Positions 1 to 13,884 of a DNA stretch of 64,000 nucleotides are shown in pieces. The stretch is from Octopus sinensis (Eukaryota): contig NC_042997.1 of assembly GCF_006345805.1 (NCBI RefSeq), forward strand, positions 121,520,001 to 121,584,000, read 5' to 3'. The stretch's first letter is position 1; the number at the start of each line of letters is the position of its first letter. A program made the translations under genes and the position numbers. Under the pieces are notes generated by a model. It was not told the DNA's origin. It saw only the letters and a list, made by a program, of their open reading frames with translations, and did no database searches.

Positions 1-154
1 TTTTTAGCAGCTCATGGCTTGTGAGCTAAAGAGAGAGAAAGAGAAAGGAGAAGAAAAAGCGAGAGAGAAAAGAGAGTGTGAGAGAAGGTGGATGAGATGC
101 GTGCAGCGTGTATGTGTGTATGTGTGTGTATACGCGCGTGCACACATATTCTTT

Positions 155-290
155 TATTCTTTTATTTGTTTCAGTCATTTCACTGCGGCCATGATGTAGC
201 ACCGCCTTATATGAATAACATTTATCTTCTCTATTGTTTCAGTCATTGGACGGCGGCCATACAGTAGCACTGCTCGGAGGCGTCAAATCT
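155..290 (-). mobile_element. Two degenerate 3' ends of SINE family B
   Basis: TTGTTTCAGTCATT..CTGCGGCCATG..GCACCGCC occurs twice; it is the reverse complement of the tail of the full copies at 43758, 47267 and 49801. Confidence 0.55.
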
Positions 291-359
291 ATCCCTCAAC
301 CTCAGTACTTTATTTGAAGCCTTATACTTATTCTTTCTGTATTTTGCCGAACTGTCCTT

Positions 360-600
360 ACCTTCGGACGCGGAGTAGACGAAACAGGGACAACTGAAGA
401 AGAGGAATATTCCTTGTGTTGTATGTCTCGTACTCTGTTTTTTCGTTGTTTGAAAAGAAGTTCGTTTCCATGTTTTTTGTTTTTATGCTTTCGTTTCTCA
501 TTGTGTTCAACGTTTTTTGATGTCCTGTACCCATATATGCATGTATATATACATATAGATGTAGGTATATACATATATGTATGTATATATACATATATTT
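360..600 (+). repeat. Unclassified interspersed repeat, copy 1
   Basis: Matches 60925-61170 in inverted orientation (CTGAAGAAGAGGAAT.TTCCTTG ... GTCCTGTACCCATATATGCATG). Confidence 0.7.
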
Positions 601-924
601 ATATATTATTTATATATATATATATATATAAGTTCAGCAAAAATTTATATGTATACATATATATATATATATGTACACACACAGATACATACATGCGCGC
701 ACATACATACATGGATATATACATACATATACATGCATAAGCAGATACATATATATATATACATATATATAAATCTATGAATACATATTTTTTCTCGCTC
801 ACACATATCACCGTACATTGGAAAAATTAGAGTGAATAAGAAATAGAATATAATCAAAATAGTTAAAATGTATTCAAAATAGTTAAAATAAGCTATCATA
901 TCGCACCTCTTAATTTATAAATAT

Positions 925-1646
925 AAAACGTAATAAATTATATTAGATATGTTTATCCATTAATTATATAATTAAAAATAATTAATTCTAAATAATGATT
1001 CTGCTTTATCTGGGTTATATCCTCTGCATAAATATTAGTACTAAATATATGTTAATGATATATTAATTTCAACTGAATAAATAAATTGCAATATATATAT
1101 ATATATATGTCTACGTCCTGGTTTTGTTTTGTGTTTATTTTTATTTTTACCGTTATTGTTTAAGTTTTTGTATCTATTGTTGTTGTCCACGTATTCTGTA
1201 TTTTTGTTTGTGTACTTCGATCGTTTTCCGTCCTTTCGTTGTATACATTCGAAGCTTTCTTCCAGGGGATCTAATGCGCTTGGCTTAGATTTCCCTTGGC
1301 GGGCTGGCCATATCGGAGCAATCTCAAGATTAATCAGCCGAAATTGCTAAGATGATCTGGTTCTTGACTGATGACTGAGGGCTTCGAAGTCCCGTCCTGT
1401 GGTTCTTGTGTTCGTCTCTGTGGTGTTTCATGTTCTTGTCCATGTCTGTATTTAATTTTACTGTTTACCTATATATATATAGATATATATACGGGACCGC
1501 TTATCCTGTTCAGGCTATATTATTAGCATTATTCTGCGTTTGAGAATTTAAAATCACTTCTTTAACTTTCTAAGACATCTCAACGCTTCAAAAGCAAACT
1601 TCGCTTGTTTGTTTATGTTCATCGTAATTTGAATTTAATATATTTA

Positions 1647-1686
<40 letters not shown>

Positions 1687-1852
1687 ACCTAATAAATTAT
1701 ATTACATATTTATAGCCAAAAATATCCATTCATTTAAATAATTTATTCCATATACCAACTAGTCCTTATCTGAGATATTATCATCTGTATAAATAATTGT
1801 ACTAAAGATATATTAATGATATATTAATATCAATTTATTAAATAAATTGCAA
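925..1852 (+). repeat. Two diverged ~165-bp AT-rich direct repeats (about 925-1092 and 1690-1852)
   Basis: Both share TCTG.ATAAATA.T.GTACTAAA.ATAT.TTAATGATATATTAAT.TCAA...AATAAATTGCAA. Confidence 0.5.
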
Positions 1853-2501
1853 AATCAGTCAGATTTATTATTTATTAATGCTAATGAAACATTAGAAATC
1901 TAATATATATTTAGCAAAAAGTGATTTACTCGCAATGATACAGGCAACAATTTTTTCAGAATGTATGTTCAAATGTAATTTACGGGAAATTAATATTTGA
2001 TATAATTCTTCAGTACATTAACTCGCATCTTTTTTTTTAAGACTCAGCATGGCTAATAATATTCCAGTCCAGTTTAAAATTTATTTTCTAATCTTTATAA
2101 CCGCATATGAATTTACTCAGACCAGTTGAGTTAATCTTTTTCCTATCCTTAAAGCAGTTTAAGTGGTTAAAGAAGTGAGTTTTAAATTTGTTAGATGTCT
2201 TTCCAATCAACATATACTTATTATTAAGTCAATCAATCTCACATTTATATAAATTATTATTATAATTATTATTGTTGTTGTTAATTCTATTATTATAGAC
2301 AGAGAAGACTACTGGAAAATACGAAATAACAGGCAGAGAACACCTCTGGAAAATACAAAAACTAAAATAATCGGCACATATGCTAGGACACAACAACCTC
2401 CTATGCAGACCGAATGAGGATATGAGTAACATATGGGAACCGGTGTTAAGGAAGGATAAGAAAATAATAAATTTATAATCCCTAAAATTCACTCTATAAT
2501 T

Positions 2502-2574
2502 GCCCACATATGGCATAGCTGTTAAGAGCACGGACTACTAACCCCAGGATTCCGAGTTCGATTCCAAGCAGTGA

Positions 2575-2645
<71 letters not shown>

Positions 2646-2835
2646 TAATAATAATAATAACAACAACAACAACAATAACAACAACAACAACAACAACAAC
2701 ATCGAAAAATACCTTAGGAATGAGAACCCAGGTTTGAAATTTCCCCAAGACACCTCATGAAGACTGGAGGGTATATCAGCCGAAACGTTGTGTTAACAAC
2801 GAACAAGATGAGGACAAATACCCTTCAAATGTATA
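2502..2835 (+). mobile_element. tRNA-headed SINE with hammerhead-like 3' module (family H); core mutated to CTCATGA
   Basis: Pol III A/B-box-like head (TGGCATAGCTG; GAGTTCGATTCC), (TAA/CAA)n spacer at 2579-2700, then GACAC-CTCATGA-AGACTG..TCAGCC-GAAA-CGTT-GTGTT at 2749-2794. Confidence 0.8.
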
Positions 2836-3246
2836 GAATTTGTCGAGTTTTTTTGTTATTTAAAGATGAAATTATTCGAAATAAACTTTTGGTTAAGCAA
2901 TGACCAATCCTAATATTATTAGAATTAATTATTTGCCTATATTTATTATTCGTGTTGAAGTGCTTATTATTTAATTAATCTATATATTTGCCTAATTAAC
3001 CGTATCGTCATATTCATAGCAAAAGGATTTATGCAACAGATATAATTAGATTTCTTCTTGTTATTAATGTTATTATTATTGCCAGTATTATTATTACTAT
3101 TAGTAACATTATTACAATCATTATTATCAGTATACTAATAATTATTAAAATGATAAGGGTAATTACTATGATAATTAAAACAAGGAGTATATCTATTCCT
3201 AGTTTCAGTATAACACATGTTGCTATTATATTTATCATCATCATCA

Positions 3247-3301
<55 letters not shown>

Positions 3302-3677
3302 CATCACTATTATTAGTATTACTAAATTTAAGTTTATCATTAATATATTTAATTTTACCCTTATACCCAGCTTTTTTCTAATGCGGCATTATAAAAATCA
3401 ACGTGCCTGCTAAAAATCTCCTTATTAGATGATAAACATGATATTTGTTTTTCAATATTTTTAATCAGGGTTATTTTTAAGCAGGATGATTGCTTTTATA
3501 ATTGATATATCTTAACCTTGTATTTGGCTTATGAAATGGTTCATGCTTACAAGTTACAAGATTAAGGTTGGCATCCCCAAAATTAACAGAACAATTATGT
3601 TTTCTAATGGAAATAGCTAAATCATTCCTCCTAAAAAATTTATGCAGATTTTTCTTATATAAGTCCATTTTTCTAGT

Positions 3678-3995
<318 letters not shown>

Positions 3996-4039
3996 TGCAA
4001 TGGGCTTTCACAGTCTTTGATTAACAAATTTTCATGTAA

Positions 4040-4155
4040 CCATTATTAGGCTCAGGCAATAGTAGAAGACACCTGCCCCAGGTGGTGCACAGTGGGACTG
4101 AACCCGAAACTACAGGGTTACAAACTGAGCTTCTTAACTAAGCAGCTATACCTAT
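4040..4155 (-). mobile_element. Degenerate SINE family B fragment
   Basis: AGGCAATAGTAGAAGACACCTGCCCCAGGTG..CAGTGGGACTGAACCCG is the reverse complement of the family B head. Confidence 0.65.
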
Positions 4156-5241
4156 ACAAACTAATCATCTGCGTGTATACACGCTCATCCACACATTCTC
4201 TATCTCACACACAGGGAAAATGAGAGAAAGAGAGGGGAGAGAGAAAGTGAGAGAGAGAGTGAGAATAATTCGGTCATGTTCCTTCAATAATTTTGTAACT
4301 GTATTTTGAAATAAAGTTATATTACACTTTTCTGAGGCAACATTTGTGTTGTCTGCATACAGTATTTGTACAGCCTGGTATCTATTCGAAAGAACATTAA
4401 CGTAACAAAGCCTTTGGAGCCTTTCAGTCATCTTTATGTATATACATATATATGTATGTGTACACACACACACACACACACACAAACTGATTTATTTTGG
4501 TCTTTTATAGCGTAGTTTTATTTTATATGTATATTTTAGGAACTCGTTTTCTTGCGAAGTGCTATTTTCAAAACACAACTGTATTCTGATTTCTTTCTTT
4601 CTTTTTTCTGTTTTCAAAAAATTTTTTTATTAAAGTTATCGAAGTTTTTTCGTGTCTAATAATCAGATCATTATAAAGTTCGTTTGTAACTTTTCCAGAT
4701 ATAAGCATTCAGATTGAAAACAGCAATAGATTATGTCAGTGTACACAACAGACAAACAAATGCTTGCGTGGAGACAGCGAATACAAACAATTACAAAATG
4801 TCTGCAGTAAAATCACTACTTTGGAGCCGCACCCCGCCCACCTATAGAGTTCTTCCACAAATGAGTTTCTAAAGAAATTCCGCAAAATATGATAGACATT
4901 ATGTAAGAACGGTTATTGATAGAAACTAAAAGACCAAACTATAGAGAAGCGGAACGCAACGAATGGGTGCAGCTGTTTTGACATGAACGAAGTGATATGG
5001 CCGACTGGACAGTCAAATTGTTTTGACGATTGTACGTTTAGGCATTAGAGGCAAACAGTGTATGTGGACAGTAGTATGCACACACTGGTAATGAGAGAAA
5101 GAGAGAGAGGGAGAAAGGTGGGGAGAGCAACATTACAATTAACAGTTCAACATGAACATAAACTCTTTCCCCCTCCTCCTGCACGTATAGAAAAATATGC
5201 AGAAGAAGACTGACAGAGAAGAGACTAAATGAGTGAAACAT

Positions 5242-5664
5242 TAAGGCGGCGAGCTGGCAGAATCGTTAGCACGCCGAGCGAAATGCTTAGCAGTATTTTG
5301 TCTGCCGTTACGTTCTGAGTTCAAATTCCGCCGAGGTCGACTTTGCCTTTCATCCGTACGGGGTCGATAAATTAAGTACCAGTTACGCACTGGGGTCGAT
5401 ATAATCGACTTAATTCGTTTGTCTGTCCTTGTTTCTCCACTCTGTGTGTAGCCCCTTGTTGGTAGTAAACAAATACGTATTTCGTCTACCGTTATGTTCT
5501 GAGTTCAAATTCCGCCGAGGTCGACTTTGCTTTTCATCCTTTCGGGGTCGATAAATTAAGTACCAGTTACGCACTGGGGTCGATATAAATGACTTAATCA
5601 CTTTGTCTGTCCTTGTTTGCCCCCGCTGTGTGTAGCCCCTTGTAGGCAATAAAGAAATAAGAAA
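5242..5664 (+). mobile_element. tRNA-derived SINE family A; head plus two tandem 184-bp bodies
   Basis: Begins TAAGGCGGCGAGCTGGCAG with B-box GAGTTCAAATTCC; the body restarts at 5477 (first at 5293). Homologous to 18688, 49190 and 58115. Confidence 0.85.
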
Positions 5665-6010
5665 CATCAACGCTGATGTTAAATGGTTCAGCGTTGAATC
5701 AGTGATTCGAATCAGGTGGAGCCAAAACAGCTGTACCAACACGTTTCACACCCACTGATGAATAGACAGAACACAACGCAAACAGTTACATAAACAGTAG
5801 CCCTAATAAAAAAACAAACATACATATTAAATACATAATCTATAATATTAATTAATTACAGATCAGATATAGAACGGATGAACATAGTCAAAAGTCTTAT
5901 AACAGGCGACACAAAATGCTTCAGATGAAACCTTAAACTGAGCCTAGGGGGCTTTGTCCGGATTTCATGAATAAATTGTGACTTTTTTCCTTTGACTTTA
6001 TTACCTGGCA

Positions 6011-6136
<126 letters not shown>

Positions 6137-6823
6137 TATATGTTGTTCGTGGAGAGGTGTATAAAGGAGTGAAATTCTACTGCAGTGAAACGTATATACA
6201 TAAATTAGTTATTTTCCCTTCTGAAAATGACACTGATAGAAATCCTAGGGTCATTTTTAGCACCTATAAATGAGAAAATGTGTTAACTAAACGAATCTAT
6301 CCACGACTTAATGAATGAAAGTCAATGAAATGTTCACATTTTTCTTAATCGAATTGCGGTTATGGACACTGTATATCAGGTTTGACTCATCAGTGTAGTT
6401 TTATTGTTATTGAATCCGATCATTTTGAAACAATTTAACATACATAAAAAGGGTTCCGCATTTTCTTGCTCTAGGGCAATTTACATAATTAAAATTAAAA
6501 GGAAATAAGCGAAAATACCTTAAACGAGCCACTTGCTTGAATTTGTGCATTAAATTGAGGTATAGCAAATTCTGTACACGAACTCTTAATTTATTCAGAT
6601 TCCCCTTACGAAGTAGAGAGGAAAAAAGACAAAAAAAACCCCAAAAAACAAACAAACAAACAAACAAACACAAAAGAAACAAATAGATAAATAAATAAAT
6701 TACTAGCAAGTTTGAATGAAAGATTTAGATAATTTCAGGTAAATAAGAATAAATTTGTTTGAATTAATAAGTAGGGACTACGACTACAGACGCATATATA
6801 TATATGTATAAATATATGATACA

Positions 6824-6856
<33 letters not shown>

Positions 6857-6859
6857 TAC

Positions 6860-6890
<31 letters not shown>

Positions 6891-7922
6891 GTGTGGTGTG
6901 TGCGCTTATGTAAGTCTGTAAATGCGTGTATGTTTGTGAGTATGGGTATATCTTTGTGTGTATGCCTATATATATATCGGTGTATGTGTGTTTATTTGAG
7001 AAAATCGCGACAAAGGAAACCACTAAAAACATCGATGTATATAAATGCAAATGCATATTTAACGCAACACACGTACATCCGTGTGCACGACCGCTTGTGC
7101 ATTCACGCGTGTGCACGCATGCATACACACACATACATATAGACACAAACATACATACCGATAGACGCATGGATATACATAGATACATCACCAGACACAC
7201 GCATACATGAGGACACATTCACACTAATCAATGCACATTATATGTGTATACACGTATACACATACGCTTCCATGTTTACACTATACACACAGATGCTGAC
7301 AAACAGATGCTTATATAAGCACATGGATACACATGTGTATATGTGGATATGTATGAATGTTTAACAGCAGATATATACAAAACGAAATACACAAATACTA
7401 AAATATTAAAATAGAAATGCTGAAATTTACCAAAATACGATCTTACAAATACAGAAAATTATAGATAATGAAAATGTTTTTTTTTGTTTTAATATAGCAA
7501 AAATATGAAACATTTATAAATGAACATAAATCCATTCTGTGCTTAACCGCTTTATAAATATATGAGAAATATATAAAACTGCAGTGTTACATAACTACAG
7601 ACAGAGATAAATTATTTACTATTGATTTAAGAATTTGTGTGCAATTGTTTAAGAAATTGATGGCAATTGTTTAAAAATTATTGAAAGTGTTATTTTAAAA
7701 GTTGGAAAAGTTACAAAGTTATGAACTTTTCATAAATATATAAATATAGTAACGTAGGACAAAATATAAATATTCATAAGCACACATATGTGCATCCACG
7801 TAACTCTTAATTTTAAATTTTAGACTTCGCTGTTTGATCAAAATGTGATTATTTCCCTTACATTAACTAGTCGCCAAGGCTAAACACCCATGAACACACA
7901 TGCGCGCGCATGTATGTATGTA

Positions 7923-8447
7923 CTGGGTTGTCCGGAAAGTTCATGCCGATTTTTAAAGGAAAGAAAAATATGAACCATTTTGTTGCACAATGCGTCTCCA
8001 TCTTTTCTTTAACTTGAAAATACCCTCTTCCCAGAATTGAGGTGGTTTCATTGCAAAGAATCCATCAAGATATCTTTTTCCGTCATCTAAGGAATCGAAA
8101 TTTTTACAATTAAGACTATTCTGCAGAGACCTGAATAAGTGGAAATCCGAAGGAGCAATATCTGGTGAATATGGAGGGTGGGGTAACACATCCCAGCCGA
8201 GCTGCAGCAATTTTTGTATGGTTCCCAAAGCATCAAGTGCCGAAAATGAACTTTCTTATCTTCCATTTTAAAGGGTTACAGAATTAACACAGATTTTAGG
8301 AACATAAACCTTCTTCCACGAAAAGATAGCTTAAACTGTGCTCTAAATGAGGTGTAGTCAAATCCTATTTTATGGACTCAACCATGTTCTAAAATAAGTC
8401 GAAATGTAAGCTACTATAAATCGGCACGAACTTTCCGGACAACCCAA
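7923..8447 (-). mobile_element. Non-autonomous, internally deleted mariner element with a transposase C-terminal fragment
   Basis: TIRs TGGGTTGTCCGGAAAGTTC.TGCCGATTT and AAATCGGCACGAACTTTCCGGACAACCCA, flanked by TA at 7921-7922 and 8448-8449. ORF 7953-8228 encodes LPHPPYSPDIAPSDFHLF, the mariner YSPDLAP motif around the third catalytic Asp. Confidence 0.92.
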
Positions 8448-8834
8448 TATATATTGCAAAAGACTTTCTATTAAACATTGGCCTCAGTAATACTGAGTCA
8501 GTATTATCGAAAATATCTCCTGGCGCAAAGCACGTCCTTAGCATAGCTAGGAACACACGACAAAAAGTAAACTTTCTTTTCGGAGCCAGAAAATAGTTTT
8601 CAGCCCCCAACAACCACAGATGCTCTACACGTTTGAATGGAAGCTCACAATGGAGTACCGTTCCAAACATCTGGGAACGGTTCTGCTGTTACGCATCGAC
8701 ACCTGTACGCTCCTGTCTTTCTTACTGATTAATTGCAACCCAGTCTCTAACGGGCACGGTTCCAAATAGGGTTCCTTGATGTGATAATTCCGTCTTCCTC
8801 TTATTTTCTATCTTCTATCACAACTATAATAGTA

Positions 8835-9158
8835 GAGGCTCAATAGCCCAGTGGTTAGGGCAGCGGACTCGCGGTCAGAGGATCGCGGTTTCGATTTACA
8901 GACCGGGCGTTGTGTGTGGTTATTGAGCAAAAACACTTAAAAGCTCCACGAGGCTCCGGCAGGGGTGGGTGGCGACCTTTGTTGTACTCTTTCGCCACAA
9001 CTTTCTCTCACTCTCTCTTCCTGTTTCTTGAGTAACGCTGCGATGGACTGGCGTCCCGTCTAGCCGGTTGGGGGGAACACATACGTCACAGAAACCGGAA
9101 ATCCGGGCTCATGAACCTGGCTAGGCTGGAAAAGGGCGACATTTATCGTTTTTTATCA
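8835..9158 (+). mobile_element. tRNA(Arg)-like SINE family C, with target-site duplication
   Basis: Head TAGCCCAGTGGTTAGGGCAGCGGACTCGCGGTC has a TCG anticodon-like loop; homologous to 57495. CAACTATAATA is duplicated at 8821-8831 and 9159-9169. Confidence 0.85.
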
Positions 9159-9436
9159 CAACTATAATACTCTTTCCTTCTCAGTGTCGGTAATTTTCGT
9201 ACCTCCACCACTTCATATGATTCATAAATAATGGTTTCGGAATATTTTTCTCGCATAATTATTTAAACAACTCTACTTTATTATGTTTTCATTATATTGG
9301 AAATAAATCTCTACAGTGAACGATAACTTGGTCCTTGAAATTTAATCATGTTAAGTTATTGAATTAGGAGAACAGTCGAGGAAGTTTAGAGCAGCACGAG
9401 AGGCAGAGTTTGAACCATGCCTCTTTTTTCAATTTA

Positions 9437-9575
9437 CAGGCGTAGCTGTGTGGTAAAGAGCTTGCTTCCTAACCACGTGGTTCCGGCTTAAGTCTCACTG
9501 CGTAGCATCTTAGGCAAGTGTATTCTCCTATAGCCAGGGGCTGACCAAAGTCTTTTGACACGATTTAGTAGAGAT
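9437..9575 (+). mobile_element. Degenerate SINE family B 5' part
   Basis: GGCGTAGCTGTGTGGTAAAGAGCTTGCTTCCTAACCACGTGGTTCC..TTAGGCAAGTGT..GACCAAAG. Confidence 0.7.
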
Positions 9576-9724
9576 ATGACATTGCTATATATATGTTCAA
9601 CTTAGGATGGTGAAATAAAAAGAATCTGTATGCTGGGGTCGATGTACTTGATTAACCTCCTCTACTCCGTAAAAGCTCATGCCTTGTTACTGTAGTAGAA
9701 ATAATTCTTTGATATATCTTTGAC

Positions 9725-9915
9725 ATAAGGTGCCGAAGAAATCGCTTAGCAGCATTCGTTCCAGTTCTTTACGTCTTGATTTCAAATCTTACCGTGCTCA
9801 ATTGTGCTTTTCATCCTTTTTGGGGTTAATAAAGAAATGTTTCAGCTAAATACAGAGGTAGATGTAATCAACTAACCTGCTCCCTCTAAAATTGCCGGGC
9901 TTGTATCGACGTTTG
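9725..9915 (+). mobile_element. Highly degenerate SINE family A-related copy
   Basis: GCTTAGC..TTCAAATC..GCTTTTCATCCTTTTTGGGGTTAATAAA..GATGTAATCAACTAA. Confidence 0.5.
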
Positions 9916-12129
9916 AAATCGTTATTTGTTATTCTTTCGTTATTTCCTCTTTGTCCTCCGGTCTATTTCAAACTCTTTTGTTTTTTCTTTTTCTATAAAC
10001 TGTCTCCTTTCATTCAAAACTGTTTACTTCACAAATAAACACAGTTAGAATGTAAAGAAGCCAGTTTTAATGTTAGAAACAAAAGTTTTGAGTTCGATTT
10101 GTATCTGTGGTCAGTCAAACGTCTCATCTATAACTTAACGTTTCATAAGCGAAGTAGTCTACAACCAGCTGTCTTGTAAAATATAGAGCGCGATTTCAGT
10201 ATACGTGTAACAAGATTATAGTTGTAGAACAAGCTGGAAGATTCGCCAGTCATTGTTGAACATTGGTTGTTTTAATTCTGTTTCCGCTGCAGCTACAAAA
10301 GTGGACGGTGTACTTCTGTTTCCGCTGAAGTTAGAAAAATCTATACTTTTAGATAGAAAGAAAGAAATTGTATTATAGATATAAGTAAAATAATCAATTT
10401 TTACAGAGTCATATTCCTCCATAAACTTATAAACCAGCACACAAGTAATTAGCTTTATATATGCCTGGTAGTATTTCATCGATTGATAACTACTTTGTGG
10501 AAGAGATGAGCAAAGAGATAGCCATACATTTAATAGAAGAGGTATTGGAATGAAAAATGTAAATGTACAAAGAAATCATACTGTTATCGAAACAGTACAT
10601 ATGTTTATTTCCGTTAGATTTAGCAAGTAAAGTATTGCCGTAAACATGATTTATATTCAGTGAATGTAATCGGTGAATTAGCAGAAATCTACAATGAAAC
10701 TTTGACGGAACTACAGTAGTGAGATAAATGATAACAGTGTGCAGCGTTTTTATAATACTCTCATAGTGAATGTCAATAAAGTAAATTGGTTAATTTAAAA
10801 GGCAAGTTCCCTTCCGAAATTGATGAGGTCTTCAAGTGAAATACACAGTAAAGGTTAGCCTCTATGAAAGCCATTGAGGATAATCACTCTAAAACGATGA
10901 TAATGACAATAACGATCTCTCCGTGCATAAAATAATATGTTCCGATATCGATTACTAGATATCTGTGATTTATGTAACCTTCAGAGTAGGTGGATATTCT
11001 CGTTGGTGAATATATAAAAAGACATATAGTTCCATAACCAGAAATCATCTGACGGAACTGCCAACTATCAGTGACTTCTATCTAGATTATTTTTACTTCT
11101 AGCAGTAATTTCCTCCTTTGAACTTACTTTGCAATAAATGAAACGCCGCTTATCAAATTTTCCTGAAAATTACTGTCAACTCGTTCAATCTGGTTTTTCA
11201 TAGTTTCACAGTCTTCAAAGCCACACAAGAATGGACTATAATATAAACCTAGATAAACACTACATTGGTATAACTATTGTAAGGTGTTTATTCTTAACAG
11301 AAACTAAGTAATATGGTTTGATAATGCTACAAGACTTTAGTATGGTCAACTATAGAGTATTATATATCTCTAAATGAAACACCTCAGAATAATGAATGCT
11401 AGCAACCTGTCTATACTTAAAGAATTATGATCAAAAGTAAATAATTACTTAGACTTAAGATTGATTCGTGAGATAGATAAAAATGTGTACTGATCTGAAA
11501 TATCGTCTAGGAAATTTCTTCAGGGTTTAGCATACCTATTAATATAACTGTTGAATGAAGTTACTCTTAACTTTACTGATAACTTACTAACTAATAAATA
11601 TACAGTTCTGAAAGCATTTGAATTGTAGAGGTCTTAACGAAAAGTAAGAAAATGAAGGTCAGTAACCATGAAAATTTACATAGTTTCTAAGACTAGTGAA
11701 AGTTAAAGGTAAATATCTTTCTTACATTGAGACTGCATCAAAAATAATTGAACACAATGGAATTCCCTAAAGGCCTCCAGTCAAAAGGAGGTCATATTAA
11801 ACAAAACTCTATCAAAGAATTCATGTAAAATTTATTGTCTAAAAACACCTATGAGCTGAGAAGCATTAGAGGTGTTTTAAAAATGAATTGGAATTCACAG
11901 CTTCTAAATTGATAGTGTTGTTTATTATGTTATCGAAACTTTTGACTCTTTTTCCTCACTAATAAGTTATTTCTGGTTCTGAATGACTTATTGTGAAATA
12001 GTAATTTCCAACACTTATCCTGCTCGTTAATACGGTCAACACATCGCATCTGTAATGACATCTTCAGATATAAGCACAATCTTATAGGCCTCACTGTCTA
12101 TCATACTATCATATTAGTTGTTGTAAACC

Positions 12130-12392
12130 CCTGGGCTTTAGTGCCTGGAGTCCCAGGATTCGTAGGGCTGGTTACCCAGCTTCCCTGGTGTATAAATTCC
12201 CGAGATCACAACATTCCCACTGAACGAGATGCTAGCCCGTCGCAGGGTCCCTCATTTCCAGTTTATGGATGGACTGGAACAATGCGAAATGCCATATTTT
12301 GCTCAAAAACACAGCGCACCGCCTCGTTCGAGAATCGAAACCACAATTTGTCGATCGTGAGTGTAACGCCCTTACCACTAGGCCACACGCTT
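12130..12392 (-). mobile_element. tRNA-derived SINE (family D-related)
   Basis: Minus strand reads GCGTGTGGCCTAGTGGTAAGGGCGTTACACTCACGATC..GGTTTCGATTCTCG (A and B boxes), then GTGTTTTTGAGCAAAA. Confidence 0.7.
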
Positions 12393-13770
12393 TCACTATT
12401 CTGTGATCTAACGATAATTTAATGAGAGAGTGTAGCGGAATCGACAATCATTGTTGTCAAGCATATTATAACAGTTAACCTAAACACCGAGTCTTTGGTC
12501 TCACGATAAGGCAAACAAAAGGCAATAAATATCATTTATCTAGAAAACATTTCTTTCCTTATTAGTTAATTATGATACAGCGCAGTTGTGTTCACAACAC
12601 TTGAATAATATATATGTAATATGCAATAAAGCATGCATAATATGGTGGCAATATTAATTGCTAATTCAACATGACTGATACAGCGCATCGAATTAATATA
12701 TGTATCAACAAATACAGATGTTTATTACGATACAGATCTATGCCATTATATGAAGGCGATGTTCCAAGTCTGCCTTTGGCGTGATAGCTAATACTAACTA
12801 AAAAACAAGAGTTATGCTAAAAATAATAAACACTGAAACATATTAGAGATGTATTTTAGTGGTTTGAATGTTTAGCTCATGATAATAAGGAGGTGGGTTC
12901 AATTCCTGACAGATCGGTACGCTGTATCTCTTGAGCGTAGCACTTCATTTTTCACGCCGTTCCAATCTGTTCTGCTGCATTTAATATCAACTGGATACTA
13001 ATATAATATCTCTCTCCTTGCAGCTGTTATATCCTATATGTTATATTGGCACAAAGATATTGAGATGGCGAAGACGTTGCTTATGTGTGCTCGAGACTGT
13101 ATAGGTACCTAAATCATCAAACTGAAGTTTGAAACATTTTACCTGGTCTTACCCATCCAAGAGTAACGGATGGCTACACTGTTGTTCTCCAGTATTGCAT
13201 TCACACTTGACTGAAGGGGTTAATCAAACCCTGTGAAAACATATCTTAATTATTTGATATTTTCTCTCCAAAAGCGAAAATACAAATTTCTTAGAAGACA
13301 TTCTTAGCACATTTCAAGATACTTCAAAGTGATACATTTATATATTCCTTGAAGGAAACAGAGCTATGCCAAAAAATCTGTATAGTATACAATATATGTG
13401 TAGGTGTGTGTAAGAAGTGATTTTGTATAGGAAAAATTGCGATGAACACAGTTGATACTTTTTATCCCTTACGAAAGTTTTGCCATTGCAGTAGGTGTTC
13501 ATAGACTAATTGAATGCAGATCCACAACTGTTTATTAGATTATGTTGACATAGCACAGATCAAATGCTTGCTCATTTCGTTACATTATACACACACACAC
13601 ATACACACACATATATAAATACACATACATTCATGCATATATAAACGTGTGTGTGTGTGTGTGTGTTTGTGTATACGTTTCACTGACTAGATTTTCTTTA
13701 AGTTACGCCTCCTGACACTCCGCCTTAAAATAGGCAATAAGTTTTATGCGAAATAATTGGAAACTTCTAT

Positions 13771-13853
13771 CCCACGGGCATATGGCCGTGTGGTTAAGAG
13801 CACGGACTACTCACCCCAAGAATTCCGAGTTCGATTCCAGTAATAATGATAAC

Positions 13854-13884
<31 letters not shown>

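Noticed and set aside
360-420. CTGAAGA-AGAGG as a hammerhead (also in the 61120 copy)
   Set aside because: There is no downstream GAAA, and a type II arrangement fails to form stem I.
1335-1400. GAAA...CTGATGA as a type II hammerhead
   Set aside because: Stem II is out of register and stem I does not pair.
6365-6400. Minus-strand CTGATGAGTCAAAC, similar to the 22351 arm motif
   Set aside because: It lacks the G of GAAA and has no convincing stems; at most a dead relic.
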